Part shown: piece by piece, positions 28,001 to 38,610 of the stretch
Position numbering within the stretch: the first letter of the stretch is position 1
Layout of the letters: each line of letters starts with the position of its first letter
NCBI RefSeq assembly: GCF_000143415.4
Contig: NW_003314283.1
Coordinates: 258,752 to 322,751, forward strand
Direction: 5' to 3'
DNA length: 64,000 nucleotides
DNA from: Selaginella moellendorffii
Lineage: Eukaryota; Plantae; Lycopodiophyta
Made by a program: the position numbers and the translations under genes
The notes under the pieces: generated by a model
Seen by the model: the letters and a program-made list of their open reading frames with translations, nothing else
The model's database searches: none
What the model was told of the DNA's origin: nothing

Positions 28001-28374
28001 ATGGTATGTCTCTTATAGCAGTGCCTTTCATCAAGTTTTGTCCAGCCTAAATTCTGCACTCGCAAGAAAGGAGCCCAGCTTGGATCATTGCACGTCCGCA
28101 CATCATCCGATTTGTCATTCCTACGTGTTTTTGTTTGTTTTTTTTCGTGCTTGCTGGTAGCTGCATCTAGTACAGAACAGCTGGCTCAAGAGGATCATGG
28201 CTTGATGACTTGTGATTATTATTTCTTCGCACTGGAAAATCATTTTTATTTAATGCTAGTGTACCTTTGGTGATGTTTGCTGAAAGCTGTTCCACGAATT
28301 TCCTGCACAGAACAAGTTTGTGTTTTATCGTAAAACGTCTGTTGAGAGCGACCATTTTAGAATGTATTACTTTG

Positions 28375-28383
28375 GGCGGGAAA
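28375..28383 (-). promoter_or_regulatory. E2F site (TTTCCCGCC) just upstream of ORC1
   Basis: GGCGGGAAA ~35 bp before the ORC1 ATG; plant ORC1 genes are established E2F targets. Confidence 0.65.
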
Positions 28384-28416
28384 TATTTAGGGCTTATCAG
28401 GGTTTCTCGACAGACA

Positions 28417-31399
28417 ATGCGGGGGAGGAATGCGGGGACGCCGCCGGCTCCCCGTCGCCAGTCGCCCAGGTTTGCGTCTCCCAGCTCGCACTGCGATCCA
28501 TCACCCAAATCTCCGCAATCACTCGGCCTCTCTCCAGCCCCGCGCTCTGTGAAGCGCGATCTTGGATTTTCGCCTGTGCTGCTAAGGGCAAGATCGAGGA
28601 GAAAGAGCAGGGATGGCGATAGAAAGTATGTTTCTAGGATCGAATGGAACGATGGCGTGTTTGAGGTTGGGGAGGATGTCTACGTCAGGAAGCTAGAGTC
28701 CGCTGAGCGTGATGAGTCTGACGAGGAAGTGGAAGATTGTAGGGTGTGTGGGAAAGTTGGAGGAGAGGTCATGATCGAGTGTGATGCTTGTCTCGGTGGC
28801 TTCCATCTCGGCTGCCTGGAGCCTCCGTTGGAAGAAGTCCCAGAAGGAGATTGGATTTGTTTCAAGTGTGAGAAGAAAGAAGCGGTGGGGGAAGAACCAA
28901 GTCGGCGGAGGCATAGAACTGCGCGAGAGAGACTACTGGCTAAGGAGCTTTGGGCTGCTCGTATCGAAAGGTGAAAAAAAAAACTTGTGAAGACCAGCTC
29001 GCTAACTTCATCTTTTTCTTTTGTTGTTCTTCAGGCTGTGGATGGAAGCTGATGGCTCACCTTGGTTTTCTGGGAGATGGTATCTTGTGCCCGAGGAAAC
29101 TGCTTCAGGCAGGCAGCCGCACAATGGAAGTAGAGAACTTTTTCGCACGAAACATGTCGATCACAATGAGGTGCTCGCTCCAAAGGATTTTTTTTATGAT
29201 TTTTTTGCTTTCGTTTTCATTCACAGGTGGAATCGATTCTCAGGCATTGCTATGTTTTTTGCCCAGAAGATTTTTCTAAAGCTAGCAACGAAGGGGATGA
29301 TGTGTTTTACTGCGAGTATGAGTATGACATGAAGTGGCACACTTTTAAGAGAATTGTCGACTTGGTAGAGGAGGTACACGTTGATCTAGAAGGTTGTTGG
29401 TTTTTACACATAACGCAGGCTGACCACGACTTCGAAGAGTACGACGAGAGTAAGGCTTCGAACAAGAAGCGGAGGTCTTCCACTCCAAACAAAACACCGA
29501 ACAAAACACCGAAAAGAAAGGTAAATGTAGGCTGCTTTACGATGCAAAAGATTTTTATTTTGTTATATCAGTCTCATACAGAAGTCACTGGATCTGAGGT
29601 TTTACGGCGAAAGATCTTTCCCGAAGACAGTGGAAAGGATTTGACTGAAATCGAAAAGGCAAAGATTGCACTTTCACTTTCAACAACTCCAGGCTCTTTG
29701 CCTTGTCGTGAAAAGTACGCGTATTCGTTTTAGATTTCTGGTCGTAGTTCTGATCTTCGTGAATCAGGGAATGCAAGGAAATTGAAGCTTTTGTAACGGA
29801 TGCTCTAAAAGAAGGGTTGGAGAATCTTGGAAAATGTCTCTACATCAGCGGTGTCCCAGGAACTGGAAAGGTATGATAAATTTCCAATGCATGTGATTAA
29901 TGTTGATGTCATGGCATTAATGTTCCTAACAGACAGCTACTGTTTTGGATGTCATGAGGCGGATGGAGAAGAAACTAAGCTCGAAGGAAATCCAGCCATT
30001 TCGGTTTGTGGCAATGAACGGGCTGCGTCTCACGTCGCCGGAGCAAACATACACGGTAATTGCGCAGCTTGACTTATTCTAGGTGTTTCATACAGAGTTT
30101 CAGGTTCTTCATGAAGCTCTGACTGGCCAGCGATTGAGCTGGAAGAGGGCACTGCAGCTACTCGATGAACGGTTTTCGAACTGCAAATCTTTGGGAGGGG
30201 TCGATAGTCGACCCTGCATTCTTTTGGTCGATGAATTGGATCTTCTGGTTACGCGCTCACAATCCGTAAGATTTTACTTCATCAAATCGTTGAACATTCT
30301 ACGGTTACTCGCAGGTTCTCTATAATCTTTTTGACTGGCCTTGCCGACCAAACTCGCGTCTTATGGTCATCGGTACGTTTTGAATACATTCTGCTGAGAC
30401 TCAAGGCTTTTTTGTTTAGGAATTGCAAATACGATCGATTTGCCTGAGCGTTTGCTACCACGAATTGCCAGTAGAATGGGCCTTCAGAGAGTGTCTTTTA
30501 GTCCCTATTCGTACATTCAGCTACAGGAGATTATTAGTTTCCGTTTATCAGGGACTGAGGCGTTTGAAAAGCCAGCAGTAGAGTTTGCTTCACGCAAGGT
30601 AACGACAGGGACGCCTGACAATTTGTTCTCATCGGAACTGTGTTTTGGAGGTTGCTGCTGTATCTGGTGATGCACGACGAGCGTTGGAGCTCTGCCGTAG
30701 GGCTGCAGAGCTTGTGGAGTGCCGACAAAAATCTGGAAACTTGGAAGGTAGATGTACATGCAATGTTTTCGGATGTCCTGACCGTTGCTCAGAATCCAAC
30801 ACTAGATTGATTGGAATGGCCGACGTGGAGGCCGCTGTTACGGAAATGTTCCAGGCACCGCATGTTCAGGTCGTCGACTTAGAAAGCTTTGCTTTGTTAC
30901 TAACATTCTTTCCTTAGGCAATGCGAATGTGTTCTAAGCATGCAAAAATATTTCTCGTTGCTATGGTTTACGAGTATCACAGGACCGGCATGGTTGAAAC
31001 AACTTTTGAGCAAGTATGTACATGATATTATATACATCAGCTATCATCTAGCCAGTAATCATGATTCCAGGTTTCAAGAGCGCACAGTCTCTTGTGCTCT
31101 AACAATGGCGAGCAACCCCCAGACAAAGACGTTCTACTCTCCATCGGGTACAATTTGTTTTCCGTGTTCACGTGTAACTCGTGAAACTCAGGTGCAAACT
31201 CGGGGAGTGTCGGCTGCTACTCTGTGAAACGGGGAGTAGGCACAGGCTGCAGAAACTTCAATTAAACTTCCCCAGGTAGTGGAGTTCTCTCTGTGTTTAT
31301 ATTTTCCAATGCTGACGCCCGTCCCTGGCTAGTGATGACGTTTCCTTCGCGTTAAGAGAGTGCCTTGATCTTCCATGGATAGCAAAGTATTTATCTTAA
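28417..31399 (+). CDS. ORC1: Origin recognition complex subunit 1 (PHD finger inserted in BAH, plus AAA+ ATPase), multi-exon
   Basis: PHD CRVC..MIECDACLGGFHLGCLEPPL..GDWIC; BAH WYLVPEETASGRQPH, DDVFYCEYEYD; AAA+ LPCRE, CLYISGVPGTGK, ILLVDELDLL, VAAVSGDARRALELCRRA; ends WIAKYLS-TAA at 31399. Confidence 0.97.
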
Positions 31400-31409
31400 T
31401 ACAACGCCT

Positions 31410-32342
31410 TCAATTGGGAATGAGCCCGAGTATAAGTTTCGCGCACACTATCAGATCTCTGGCTACCTGGGACAACGAAAAACTTGAGGAGTTCTTCTCT
31501 GATTTGGAGCCGAAGTATCTTCGCGTGTTGATCGTTGCAAGCGAACTCCTGGCTTCGTCGCTGGTGTGATGTACGACCCAGTCGTGATCGAGGACCTGCT
31601 CTGGAGTAAGCCTCTTCCTTGGATCTTGGTGGAGCATTCCTCTAATAAGATCCTTTACTGAAGGTGAAGCATTGGACCAATACTCCGGGTCGAAATCAAT
31701 CCTGGCCGCTTCGATCGCGTGTATAGTCGATTTGAAGGTGTTGCCATGGAAGGGGAAGTTTCCACTGAGAATTGCGAAGATAACGACGCCAGAGCTCCAG
31801 ATGTCAATTTCCTTGCTGTATCTCCGCTTGAAAACTTCGGGGGCCATGTAGCAGAGAGTTCCTATGAGATCCGAAAGATACTCTCCGGGCTGGAAGTGTG
31901 CTGCAAGTCCGAAGTCGGCTAGTTTGAAGCAGTTGTCGCCCAGCAGGATGTTCTTGAGGCTGATATCCCTGTGAATTATTCCATTGGAGTGGCAAAACTT
32001 GACGGCCTCCATCAGGTTCTTGCACAATTGAGCAGCTTCCATCTCACTCAAAAGGCTTCCATTCGAGAACAGGCTACCTCCTCTGCAGAGCTCCATGACA
32101 AGGTAAGTCTCCTTTTCATCGCTGAATGCTGCTTCCAGCTTCACTATGTTTGGATGGCCATACAGCTGCTTGAGAATCCCGACCTCATCTTGGTGCAAGT
32201 GTTCTATTTTTGTGATTTTTTTGCAAGCAAGCTCCTCACCTGTGATCCTGTCTATGCAGACTCGCGCTACACCAGACGCGCCGTGGCCGAGTTCCTCCCC
32301 CAGCTTGTATTTCTCACAAAGGGACCCCCTGGCGGAGTTCAT
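31410..32342 (-). CDS. Intronless CDPK/PPCK-like Ser/Thr kinase, catalytic domain only (no EF hands)
   Basis: LGHGASG, ACKKI, HPNIVKL, HRDISLKN, DFG, GTLCYMAPE, DIWSSGV, RLTPEQVLDHDW in one uninterrupted ORF; ATG at 32342. Confidence 0.9.
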   Translation of the reverse strand: MNSARGSLCEKYKLGEELGHGASGVARVCIDRITGEELACKKITKIEHLHQDEVGILKQLYGHPNIVKLEAAFSDEKETYLVMELCRGGSLFSNGSLLSEMEAAQLCKNLMEAVKFCHSNGIIHRDISLKNILLGDNCFKLADFGLAAHFQPGEYLSDLIGTLCYMAPEVFKRRYSKEIDIWSSGVVIFAILSGNFPFHGNTFKSTIHAIEAARIDFDPEYWSNASPSVKDLIRGMLHQDPRKRLTPEQVLDHDWVVHHTSDEARSSLATINTRRYFGSKSEKNSSSFSLSQVARDLIVCAKLILGLIPN

Positions 32343-32538
32343 ACACGGGACGAGTCCGCAGAAGAAAACGCAGAAGCACATCACTGATAAAGGTGGACTC
32401 TGAAGCGTTTTTTTTTAGCCGTAGTCTTTATATAAGGGGTGCGACATGTGAAGATCATGGGAGCTGCATGAAAAGGAACAGTTCGCATTGATCCGAGTTA
32501 TTAGCAGCTACAAGCAACTGACAGCTCTTGTTTAACAG

Positions 32539-34424
32539 ATGAACACTCAAAAAGAACTGTGGAAGCGAAGCGAGGTAGTACACGCATTGAATCGGTCAAG
32601 CAGACGTACAGAAGATTCGAAGCTATGGGCCTTCTGCGACTTTTTACGACACGGAATCCGGGCCGTGGCTTGTGACGGAATCCTACGGCTGGCCATCCGG
32701 GAAAAGTTTCAAAAGCTTTGGAAGGCGAAGGTGAAGCATCATGTGAATTACGCACACCTCGCGGCTACGAGTGGCTCTCCCGACATGGCGCGCTGCCAGG
32801 AACTCACGAGGCTCTCCGTAAGTTTCTTGCCAGATCCATTTCTTTGATACGTTCTCGTGTTTTATTTTTTACAGGGGTCTACCTCTGGTGAAGCCACGAG
32901 CCATGATCATCTGAAGTGGCAGGGGACCCGGCATTTTTCGGCTGCCGCAGCTCAACTTGGTACAAAAGATTAAACTTGTTTGTTGATGTGGTTTTCTTCC
33001 AGGATCTACCGACGAGGAGATACAGTACAGTGGCTGGGTTGAGAAAATCAACAACAAGGGGGCTGTCCAACCTCGAGTGATGGTGGTGAGTAACCTGGCG
33101 GTCTACAACTTTAAAAGCAGGCTCACGGTGCAGTGCAAGCGCCGGATTGACATTTGTGCTGTCGTGCACATCGTACGGAGCAAGTATAGCCATCAGTTCA
33201 TCTTGTGCTGCCCGCAGGTCTTGTAGCTTCCTTTTACATTTTGTCGCTACTCTTTTGACAAAGGTTTATCGGTGCAGGAGTACGATTACTTATTCTCTAG
33301 CATCCAAGTAGAAGAGATATGTGACATCATTGTCGCGGTTCATAAAGCTGCGACTGGGAACACAATATCAGTCGAATATAAGGTAGCGTGTCATTGTGTG
33401 ATTTCTTACTTTATACCATGGAAGTTCACAGGTTGAGGTGGATTTGTCGGAGTTTGTTCTCACCAGGCAAGAAGCGAAGAAGATTAGAAAGGTATATAAT
33501 CATTTAGTAAGTCAGATGGATGCGAGAAGCAATAATTTGATTCGTTATCTTCTACTAGGAGCATCCCGAGCTGGCGCTGAAGAACAGTGCCGAAGATCCA
33601 GTGCAAGTTAAAACAAAAACCGTACGTATTCTCAAACTTCCGTTTGATGCTTTCTTATCCTTTTGTTTAGAACAATGTGGCACAGCCTTCCACGATGACG
33701 CAGATGAAGGCAAACGTAAGACGTGTTTTGCGTGCTTATCATCCATGACTATCTTTGTGTTTTACCGCTCCAGGGAATGTCTTGGAGTGTGGAGGACGCG
33801 ACACCCTCTTCGAAGCTGTTACCGGAAAACCACGTAAGCAAATGCATGATCATTATATCATTGTATTAATTCGTTTGCCTCGATGTGCCACACAGCCACC
33901 GTCAGCGGCACTAAAAGACGTGGTGGTCCTCGGCCACGATGTTGGCGGTGATAGCACAGACGATCTCAAAGTTTTTAAAGTTATTGACGAGGTGAGAGTC
34001 CACTTCCCATTTGGTTAGTTTCGCTCTAACGAGCTTTTCCACACACAAATTCCTCTCTCTTGTCAGCTCTACGTTATGAAGAACAAGAAAACCGGCGAGA
34101 CCTTTGCGCTCAAGCCAGTGGAGTCGCAGTCTCAAACTCGTCAGCCGAGGTAAAGTCTATCGCCCACTCTCATACGTGTTCCAAAACATCGCCCAAAACT
34201 TTCCAGAGGCTCTCTCGTCTCGAGGTGTTGCTATCGCCACCCGCTTTGTATAAGCCTTGTGTTGTTTCAGGTACCAATTCTCCGGGTGGTAGTTTTCACA
34301 TCGTCCTTCTTGCCTTGCAGATGGTAATGTTTTGCTCGTTTCTCTTGGCGCTCAAGCACATTGTCAGCTCATGTCAATGGAGACGATAGAAAAGGAAACC
34401 TTGTGGGGGACCAATTTGACATAA
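32539..34424 (+). CDS. Multi-exon gene: myosin-I TH1 (PH-like) domain followed by a truncated protein-kinase N-lobe remnant
   Basis: In-frame spliced exons read HDHL.. STDEEIQYSGWVEKINNKGAVQPRVMVVSNLAVYNFK..CKRRIDI..SKYSHQFILCCPQ|EYDYLFSS, then DDLKVFKVIDE|LYVMKNKKTGETFALK. The 3' exons are tentative. Confidence 0.6.
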
Positions 34425-34651
34425 CGAGCCCCGCGACAAAGAAAGAGATTCAAGCGGCAGATAAAAACGAGCTACCACCGGCCTTGCGAAGAAAAGAACG
34501 AACAAAGAAAAAGAAGAAAGTTAAAGCGTACCCAGTGCTAGGAATGACAAAACGGAGATAGTGCAGTGTACGTGCAATGATCCAAGCCGGGCTTCACTGA
34601 TACAAACGAGTTGATATAAGACCAGTGTTTCTGCTATAAAAGATATACCAT

Positions 34652-37107
34652 TTAAAACCTCTCTTGGGTGGCGACCACTGGAATCGCTTGTGCGTGGCCC
34701 TTGGACAGGTAAGGACCCCTGCGAGCTGCCTCATTCAGCTACAAACACGCATAAGACAAACAAAGAGGCTATGAGAAAAAAAGAGACGAACCTTTTCCAG
34801 TGTATCGCCACGCACTGACAGGATGGCTTGTCTCAATCCGGTGGCCAGAGCAGCACAGCAAGCGTGCCTCCATTCCATGCCTGTGGTGTGCATTGAACTT
34901 CAGCTCTTGCCACGACCCGTGGAGAGAAAAATAACTACCTTGTTTGCTCGATTCGATACGCGCGTCGACGATGAAATCGACCAAGCCATCGTTGGAGCTG
35001 ACTTCCAGCAGGCACCACGTTCTGGAAGCCAGCGGGACAAGGAGCCTATACACCTGCAATAACATTGTTTGACGTATTCAGTTTTGGAAAGTTGATGGTC
35101 TCGCACTTACAGCTTCACGCAACTCGGCCGTTTGTTTGAGGAGGTGAAGAAGGGAATTCTGAACGAGCACAAAGGAATTAAAGTCGGTTGGAGAAGGCCG
35201 GCTTACCGAAAGCGTCTTCTGCGAAGATACATGGATGGCGTCAAAGATGAGATCGCGCAGAACGTTTTCAGCTTGTTCATTCAGTAGAACATCTTCCCTT
35301 TCGGATCCTGCGATTAACGCCAGAGCATGAATACCAGCCTGTAGGAAAGCACTAGTTTTTGCAACAGAAAAGGAAACTTTAAAAGCCTACCAGCTCTGGT
35401 TTAAAAGCCGAATGGACAACATAAAGCGCTGGTGGCCTCGCACCGCGGAGCAGAAGGACTTGAGCACCATGCGAAACTATTTCACACAATTTAAAAGGAC
35501 AAAAAAGAAAAGAGAGGGAGAAGAGTAGTCAAATCCAAACAACAGACAAAAGAAACGACTTACGCACATGATCCAATCTGACCAAGCGCATCTAGTGCAG
35601 CGTCCTTTTCATCCTTGTCCCACCTTTCCGAACTTCTCGCGAGATTTTCCACACGCCCCAGGCAGTTGCCAATTGCATCGATGATTTGCAGTGCATCTAC
35701 ATGCAAACAAAAACTGCTCAAGTGACAATCATTTTATGTGGCGTACCAGGCTCTGAAATAGTTTTTATCAATCTAGACGCAACTTGCATCGAGCGGGAAC
35801 GCACCATACTATCCACTTCAGCATTCCTGAATGAGATAAAAAGTATTAGAGTCTATTAGAAGAGAGGAAAACATATTAACAAGCTCACTGGATCCAGAAA
35901 ACGAGCTGAGAAACGAATGTACCAGCAAGTAGAAGTCTCGCACCAGTAGGTGTCTCGGCAAGCTACAGATCAAATTACGTTAAGGAAACAACAAGTAAAA
36001 AAAAAAGAAAGGGAAAAATACCTCGCTCAGAATTTCGAAAGCGTTCAGTTGAGCCAATGTATCACTAGAATTTTTTAGTTGACCTTCTAAAACGAACAAG
36101 ATCCCAGATGTTTGGACTGCCGCTGCCGCTACATCCGATAGTCCGAAGATTCGTGCTGCCAGAGACAACGCTCGGATTTGAACCTGCATGAAAACGAACC
36201 CGGTGATTAATACATAACGACTGGTCAGGACATACCAAAGATGATCCGTGAATTGCGAGCTCCTTGAGGCTGTTCTGGCTCGCACCAAAAATGATCTCCT
36301 ATAATCTCACCAGTCAGCTAGAGAGTTATAACGAGACTACGGACTACGTACAAGTCCAGCGTTTGATTTTGCTAGATTCTCAATAGCATCTGAGGCTTCT
36401 TTTGCCACGGTCGAGTCCCTGCAAGAAAACCAACAAACGTGAGACGTCATTCACACACATAGTATGCTTGTTTACTCGTCACATAAAGTGCTCAGTAACG
36501 GGTCCATGATGCCAGCATCCGCTGCTGTTTGAACAGAACTTGAATCACCATCCTCCAGATACTTCGTTATCTGCCAGGAATCCAAGGAGAGAAAAAAAAG
36601 GGCAGTGAACACGAAACGTGAAAGCATAAGTTCCTACTCACGGAGAAGCATGCAAGACGACGAATCTGTGGAGATCCCGCGTTTAAACCAGCATTGGCAT
36701 AAGGCTAACGCAAAAGGAGGTTAGAATCGTAAGCTTTAAGACGAGGAAGGAGCTTACGAGTACTCCGATAAGCATGCTGTGTCCAAACGGCGATTGTAAG
36801 ATCTTCTCGACAGCATTAACAATAGCACTCACTAGCTCTGGAGTTTCTGCAGTAGATAGAACGCTGTCCAACAAGACGAATTCGATCGCAAAAATCCCAC
36901 AACAACCAGAGATCTTACCTGAAGAGAACTGGAAACGGATATTTCGCGAGGAAATCCGACACAGAGCTCTCAGGGAGGGCACCTGGCAAATGCGCGGGTG
37001 AAAGGGAGAAGAGACAAGAATGCAATACCTGGATGCGCGGCGAGATTAGAGGCCTCCACCAAGAGGAGATTCGTGTCGACGCTGTCGATCGCCATCATCC
37101 CCACCAT
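34652..37107 (-). CDS. PSMD5: 26S proteasome regulatory-particle assembly chaperone S5b/PSMD5 (ARM repeats), multi-exon
   Basis: IRALSLAARIF..DTLAQLNAFEILSE; YRLLVPLASRTWCLLEV..VDARIESSKQGMEARLLCC; LNEAARRGPYL..VATQERF*, matching plant PSMD5-like proteins. Telo-box at ~37135. Confidence 0.8.
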
Positions 37108-37406
37108 CGCGCGAGAACAGAGAAACAGAGCGCAAAACCCTAGATCCGTAAGATATAACTAGGGTTTGTAGCTATGGCGGGAAAATAATTAAAGTCGATA
37201 TAAAAGCCTTTTTATAGGAAGTGACACATTATTGGAAAATTGAAAATAATGTTACAACAGTATTGTCTGTTGAAGGATTTTTCTTCAATTATAGATAGGT
37301 CTTAAGAAATTTTCATTAAAACCAGGTGTGTCAAACTGGAGCTTGAGCTCAGTGAATCAAACGAGCCCTTGAAAATCTCTAGCAACAATCTGAAAAAAGA
37401 ACTGGT

Positions 37407-37430
37407 AAGCTCTATTTCGTTAAAGTGGGA
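37407..37430 (+). repeat. Left terminal inverted repeat
   Basis: 23/24 identical to the reverse complement of 50562-50585; preceded by TGGT. Confidence 0.88.
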
Positions 37431-38610
37431 TTTATTCAGTAAAATGGGATTAGGTACAAATTTTCAAGTATTTGAAAATGACGTGAAATTATATGTTTTT
37501 TGTCCAGGGGCTAGACATATCTGGGGCATGGTGACTAGCGCGGTGACTTTATGTCCAGACTGAGTCCATCTGGTTGTATAATAAATCTCATTGTCAAGGT
37601 GAACAATCTGAATCTGAAGCTAAAGAAGAGCGATGGCATGCGCGCACACACTATTTGTTTGTTCATTAAGCGTGTGGTGAGCTTTCCAAGATGAACGTCA
37701 TTCCTATTAGCCAGACATATAACTTAATGGTGAGAACATTTAGATATTATTCAATGTTATCTTTTTCTAACGAATCTAATTGTGAAGGTGTAGCAAGAGG
37801 CATTGCTAGTCTGGAGAAGTCATTTAACTCATTTGACCCTTGAAATTTTCATGAAACTAAATAACATTCATATTATTAAGGAATTTCTCTAGTACCTTTT
37901 TTTTACGACATAGAGGCTTGCATTTCTTTCAAAGGTGATTTAGTAAAAGGCCTGAGGGCACATGCCATTCTATTTCTCAGACCGGTATTAAGATATACTA
38001 GTGCAAAGGGAAAAAGGTATTTGGTGATCAAGTAAATGGCATGAGGGCACACGCCATTATAAGCCTAAGTGCTAGTGGACACCTCCTTTTTGGTACTCTC
38101 AGCGGTACTATCATCCTTCTCCGGGTCAGTTGTTTTGCTTTGGATTGTTGTCTTTGACGTTACTGGGGCGTTCTCGATAGTTGTTAATGTTGCCGTTTGT
38201 TCAGAAAAATGATCACCTGGAGTATAGTACGGGGAGTTTGGAAGACTTATATATTCTACATCTTCACCTATCTCCTTCTCCGTCTCCTTTTCTGCCTCAC
38301 CTACAGATTTTGTGCTTGCCATGAGAACGCTCTTCACCCTAAAATATGGAGTTCGTTGTGTTATAAAAGGAAACCAACACACACGCTACAAGGGAATGAT
38401 GGTACATAAAGCACGTAAGCCCACAATATAGGTTTATGTGCCATTAATATGGGCCACACGCCATATTATTAGATTTATGCACGTGTGATTGGTAAATGCA
38501 TATGTCACATCATTTTTGTTTTACCTCACACACTATATCAAGCCTCCTCTGATTCAGATTCGGATTGTTCACCTTGAAATAAAATACATTAGAAACTTAG
38601 TAAAGGAATA

